A model generated the notes under the pieces. That model did not search any database. It saw only the letters and a list, made by a program, of their open reading frames with translations, and had not been told where the DNA came from. Made by a program: the position numbers and the translations under genes. From contig JAAENG010000331.1 in the NCBI GenBank assembly GCA_024224665.1, positions 1 to 58,753 of the forward strand: 58,753 nucleotides of DNA. Direction: 5' to 3'. The stretch comes from Chloroflexota bacterium (GTDB lineage Bacteria; Chloroflexota; Anaerolineae; J102). Within the stretch, counting starts at the first letter, position 1, and each line of letters starts with the position of its first letter. Of this stretch, positions 54,843 through 58,753 are shown one piece after another.

Positions 54843-56567
54843 ATGCAAAATAAACAGACGAACCTTTTGCAACGTTATGTGCCCATTCTAGAATGGTTGC
54901 CCCGCTACAATCGCGCCTGGCTAACGGGCGATGTCATTGCTGGCCTGTCTGTATGGGCCCTGACAGTACCCGCATCCCTTGGTAGCGCGGTCATTAGTGG
55001 CGTTCCCGTACAATACGGATTATACGCCGCCACCATCGCCTCTCTTCTCTACCCCCTGTTTGCAAGTTCGCGGCACGTGATCACCGGGCCCGCCGCACCC
55101 CTCGCTGCCATCACTGGAGCGGCCGTACTGGCGGTCACCAGCCGGGGCTCACCTGAGGCGATTCAATTGGTAGCAGCGATCAGTGTGCTGGCTGGCATCC
55201 TGTACATCCTTTTCGCGTTACTAAAAATGGGTTGGATTTCCAACTTTCTGTCGGAAAGCGTGCTTACTGGCTATGTTTTTGGCATTGGGATCGTATTGGT
55301 TGTCAGCCAGCTGCACAGGGTTACCGGGACCATCGAAAATGGCGCCAACACCTGGGAAATGATAGCCAATTGGATCCGAGGACTGCCCGAAACCGACCTG
55401 GCTACCCTGGCAGTGGGCCTCATCGCTCTAGTGTTGCTATTCGCCCTCAAGCGGTACGCCCCGAAGGTACCGGGGTCTTTGCTGGTCGTAGGACTCGCCA
55501 TTGGGGTTGAATTGATACTGGGGTTGAGCAATTACGGAGTGGAGCTGGTGGGGTCTGTACCCAGGGGGCTGCCCGGCTATGCCGTTCCCAACGTCGGCCT
55601 GGTTCTGCAGAATCTGCATGTAGTGATCCCGGCCGCCATCGGCGTATTCCTGGTATCCTTTTCGGTATCACTGGCCGCGGCACGCCAGTTTGCCTCAGAA
55701 CACCATTATGATATCGAGGTCGACCAGGAAATGCAGGCACAGGGGATGGCCAATGCAGTATCTGGGCTCTTCCAGAGCCTCAGTTCATATGGGGTTTTTA
55801 GCAGGACATCAGTTAGCGTTGCGTCTGGAAGCAAAACGGAATTGGCATCTATCATTATGGGCGTTTTGCTCATCCTGACATTGCTGTTCCTGGCGCCTCT
55901 TTTCTCCCACGTGCCCCTGGCGGTGCTTGGCGCCGTGATCATCGAGGCGGTGGTCTTGGGATTGTGGAAGGTCTCGCAGATGCAGCGGCTTTATCAGCTT
56001 GCACGTACAGAGTTCTGGCTGGCTCTGGCAGCTCTCCTGGGGGTGCTCACTTTCGGCTTGTTGAATGGTGTCCTGATCGGAGTCACCTTGTCGCTCCTAT
56101 GGCTGGTCTGGCACTCCTCTCATCCCGCCATCCCTGTTCTGGGCAGAATGCCCAACAGCAAGGTTTACCATAACATCGAAAGACATCCTGAGAGCGAGAC
56201 CGAACCTGGATTGGTCATCATCCGTTTTGATGGTCCCCTGTTCTTTGCCACGGCTACGAGCCTGCGCGAAAGGATAAGGGAGTTGACTACGGATGTGGTA
56301 CCGGCGATAAAGACGGTCATTTTGGATATGGAAAGCACAAGTATCATTGATCTAGAAGGTGTGGACGCGCTCCATCGAGTCGTTAAGGAATTGAATGCCA
56401 ACAACGTCGATTTTCACCTGGTCCGCACAAAGGAAGAGATATTGGAAGTCCTGGAGCAAGATGGCGTATTGGACACATTAGGCCGCGACTCTCTTTTCGA
56501 CCACGTTCATGAGGCCGTGGAGGTCGCCTGCGCAAGAAACACTGATAGGCAGAACAACTTGAGTTAG
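54843..56567 (+). CDS. SulP-family anion permease with STAS domain (second paralog)
   Basis: 574 aa. N-terminus LLQRYVPILEWLPRYNRAWLTGDVIAGLSVWAL is typical of SulP. The STAS tail is LVIIRFDGPLFFATATSLRERI...ILDMESTSIIDLEGVDAL. Confidence 0.9.
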   Translation: MQNKQTNLLQRYVPILEWLPRYNRAWLTGDVIAGLSVWALTVPASLGSAVISGVPVQYGLYAATIASLLYPLFASSRHVITGPAAPLAAITGAAVLAVTSRGSPEAIQLVAAISVLAGILYILFALLKMGWISNFLSESVLTGYVFGIGIVLVVSQLHRVTGTIENGANTWEMIANWIRGLPETDLATLAVGLIALVLLFALKRYAPKVPGSLLVVGLAIGVELILGLSNYGVELVGSVPRGLPGYAVPNVGLVLQNLHVVIPAAIGVFLVSFSVSLAAARQFASEHHYDIEVDQEMQAQGMANAVSGLFQSLSSYGVFSRTSVSVASGSKTELASIIMGVLLILTLLFLAPLFSHVPLAVLGAVIIEAVVLGLWKVSQMQRLYQLARTEFWLALAALLGVLTFGLLNGVLIGVTLSLLWLVWHSSHPAIPVLGRMPNSKVYHNIERHPESETEPGLVIIRFDGPLFFATATSLRERIRELTTDVVPAIKTVILDMESTSIIDLEGVDALHRVVKELNANNVDFHLVRTKEEILEVLEQDGVLDTLGRDSLFDHVHEAVEVACARNTDRQNNLS

Positions 56568-56679
56568 GGCGCTATCGGTTCCTGCACCGCTTTTGGCTCG
56601 TCCACATTTATGGGCTACTACCTGATGGCCCTGGCGGCGCTCGGGATCGTAGATTATATCTGCTCCATGCCAGTACCTG

Positions 56680-58064
56680 TTGAAACTGCAGACAAATAAT
56701 AGAGAAGTGCCTACTATGAATGAAACAGAAAACAAACTGAATGCCAGCGCCCTGGCTCTCACGACTGGCCTATTGCTGGCGTTCGCCGTCGCTTTCTTCT
56801 TGTACTACGGCCTGAACACCATGAACGACCCAGTGTTCAGCATCGATTTTGCCCCTTACCACCTCTCCGGGCGCTTGCTGGCCCAGGGCGATCTGGAACC
56901 CTTGACCAACTACGCCGAGACGGGCGGATTTTTCGCTGACACCGGGCCCTATCTCGACTACTTCCATCAATTCTTCTTTCCGCAGTCCACGTATGCCACA
57001 CGCTGGGTCTATCTACCGGCCTATCTGTGGATCTTTCGTCCTCTGGCAGGCTTTGATTTCCCAACTGCATCCCGCATTTGGCTGGCGGCCAATGCCTTGC
57101 TGACGCTGGCCTGCTTCTGGCTGCTGTGGAGCGCCCGCCGCCTGCCGGCCCTCTCCGGCCAACTCAAGAACTGGCGGATGGCATGGTTCGCCTTTCTGGT
57201 GCTCACCTTTCAGCCGATGTTGAGCAATCTCTGGCATGGACAAGTAACCGGACTGATCTTTACCTGCTTCTGCCTGAGCTATTGGCTGCTGCATCGCAAC
57301 CGGCCTTTGGCCGCGGGACTGGTTTTGGGGCTGATCATTCCCTTCAAGTTCTATCCGGCCCTATTCGTCCTTTACTTCGGCTGGCGGCGACAGTGGCGGG
57401 TGGTGATGGGTGGTGATGGGTGCCCTGGCCGGCAGTTTGTTCATCCTGCTCGTCAGCCTGTTGACGGTTGGCTGGGAGGCTAACCTGGCCTACTTCAGGG
57501 TGGTTGTGTCCGAATTGGGGGGCGGCGGCATCCCCGCCTTCAACAATGAATCTATTTTCCGGTTTTCTCATGCACATCTTTACCCGAGGCGATGTCTTTT
57601 CCTGGCTCGGTGTAGAGACGCCTGTGTGGTTGAACGGCTTGCGCCTGGTTCTCATCCTGCTCGTGATTTGTGTGGTGGTGTGGGCCATGCGGCGTCCTCC
57701 ATCGAAGACCGGGGATGATTCAGAGACCCAGGATTTAGATCTGTCCCTGGTAATTCTCGTCATGTTACTGATCTCTCCCATCACCTGGTATCACTACTAC
57801 ATGTGGCTCCTCTTACCCTTGACGATCCGGTTCGACCACTTGTTTCTGGCTCCCCAGGTGGATGTCCGGCGGATCGCCTGGCTGGCAGTAGCGTATGGGC
57901 TGCTGGTCGTACAAGGGATCGCCGTACTGCAGCCCCTGGCTGCACAGGCGTTGCAGGATGTCTGGATTCTGCGGTTGCTGCTGTCGCAGAGCTTTTTCGG
58001 AGCCGTTTTGTTGCTGGGATTGACCTTGAAGTTACGCCTGCAAGCGGGGGAGAGAAGCGTATGA
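56680..58064 (+). pseudogene. GT87/DUF2029-like membrane glycosyltransferase, disrupted by two +1 frame changes
   Basis: The protein continues through three frames: 56680..~57410 (...IIPFKFYPALFVLYFGWRRQWRVV), 57410..~57560 (VMGALAGSLFILLVSLLTVGWEANLAYF...) and ~57560..58064 (FLMHIFTRGDVFSWLG...ISPITWYHYYMWLLLPL). The first shift coincides with a 10-bp tandem duplication. Confidence 0.7.
57401..57420 (+). repeat. Perfect 10-bp tandem duplication TGGTGATGGG x2 causing a frameshift
   Basis: Read directly: cagtggcggg tggtgatggg tggtgatggg tgccctgg. Removing one copy joins ...QWRVV to MGALAGSLFILLV in frame. Confidence 0.95.
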
Positions 58065-58478
58065 GTTACAGGCTTGCGGTTGGCATCCCACCAGGCTCTT
58101 ATCACGGCCGGGATGGCGTGGCCCGACCGCAGGGCGTGGCTGTGGGAATCGGGCGCCTACGAGTGGCAGGGCTACCGGCTCAGGCTGCCGCTGGTGGCGG
58201 TGAGCATAAGGGACGACACTGTTCGCCCCGTCCATGCGAAGATCCCGGCCTCAGACTATGCACTATTGTATCCCGGTCACACAAATCTGAGCAGATCACT
58301 GAATGTTCAGATTGTGACCTGTGATAAATATTACGATGATCGCACTATGTTATCAATACCCACCTGTCTGACCGGTTGATCAGGCAGCAGATCACTGATT
58401 GCTATGCTATACTCTAAATAGTTCAGGCGCTACATCATTAGGTGATTAAAGTCTTCGACTCTCATAGGAGATCCAAAA

Positions 58479-58753
58479 ATGAAATGGTCACTGTTTTTTA
58501 CGTTTATACTGGGGACACTGGTTTTTGCAGGGTGTGTCCCGCCACTCGCTCCGACGCCCGCATCAATGGATACACCCAACCCGGCATCCAAACATTGCAT
58601 TGACATGGGCAACAAGCTGGAGATTCGCGACGAAACCGGAGGCCAGGTGGGCTATTGCCTCTTCCCCGACGGCTCCGAATGCGAGGAGTGGGCTTTCTTC
58701 CGTGAGGAATGCGCGCCCGGCGACCAGGACAACATCGGCATGCCCAACCCGGC
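58479..58753 (+). CDS. Lipoprotein with DUF333 module(s), 3'-partial at the window end
   Basis: AGGAG lies 8 nt upstream of the ATG. Sequence MKWSLFFTFILGTLVFAGC (lipobox), then MDTPNPASKHCIDMGNKLEIRDETGGQVGYCLFPDGSECEEWAFFREECAPG. A second GMPNPA module is just starting at the window edge. Confidence 0.75.
   Translation, partial: MKWSLFFTFILGTLVFAGCVPPLAPTPASMDTPNPASKHCIDMGNKLEIRDETGGQVGYCLFPDGSECEEWAFFREECAPGDQDNIGMPNP

Noticed and set aside
58074-58379. 101-aa ORF downstream of the GT87-like gene
   Set aside because: No recognisable motif, no ribosome-binding site, and a mixed GC-rich then AT-rich composition. There is insufficient evidence to call it a gene.

Overview
58.7-kb bacterial chromosomal window, mostly about 55-60% GC by eye, with a few visibly lower-GC islands. 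Gene content and repeat style suggest a Chloroflexota-like organism, but that is a low-confidence guess. Housekeeping genes: mfd, pth, secG, tRNA-Leu(CAG), glutamine-dependent NAD+ synthetase, an M29 aminopeptidase and an orphan family-5 ABC substrate-binding protein. The rest is envelope and transport functions: two GT39/ArnT-like glycosyltransferases, one GT87-like glycosyltransferase, two SulP/STAS permeases, a BASS symporter, a small K+ channel, two MFS transporters, secreted beta-helix and NHL/beta-propeller proteins, and a DUF2207 / Zn-ribbon / coiled-coil / SPFH cluster. There are also small-molecule enzymes: formamidase, an APH kinase, MOSC, GNAT, a kinase-M23-aminotransferase fusion, a Tat-exported PSD-like decarboxylase and a PLBD-like Ntn hydrolase. 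I found no rRNA, no CRISPR array, and no recognisable defence or retroelement system. The most interesting features are: (1) a 1.9-kb element carrying only a large serine recombinase sits inside an S9 peptidase gene, and its ends predict a precise, frame-restoring excision; (2) mfd is bracketed exactly by a ~66-nt inverted repeat plus 8-bp-periodic arrays; (3) a 650-bp ORF-free region is packed with helically phased iteron-like boxes; (4) an 8-bp tandem array lies upstream of a glycosyltransferase gene; (5) a DUF333 lipoprotein module is reused three times; (6) the 41-58 kb half has an unusual density of frameshifts, in-frame stops, truncations and gene remnants. Those lesions could be real gene decay or assembly indels. 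All family calls come from motif recognition by eye, and no searches were run.
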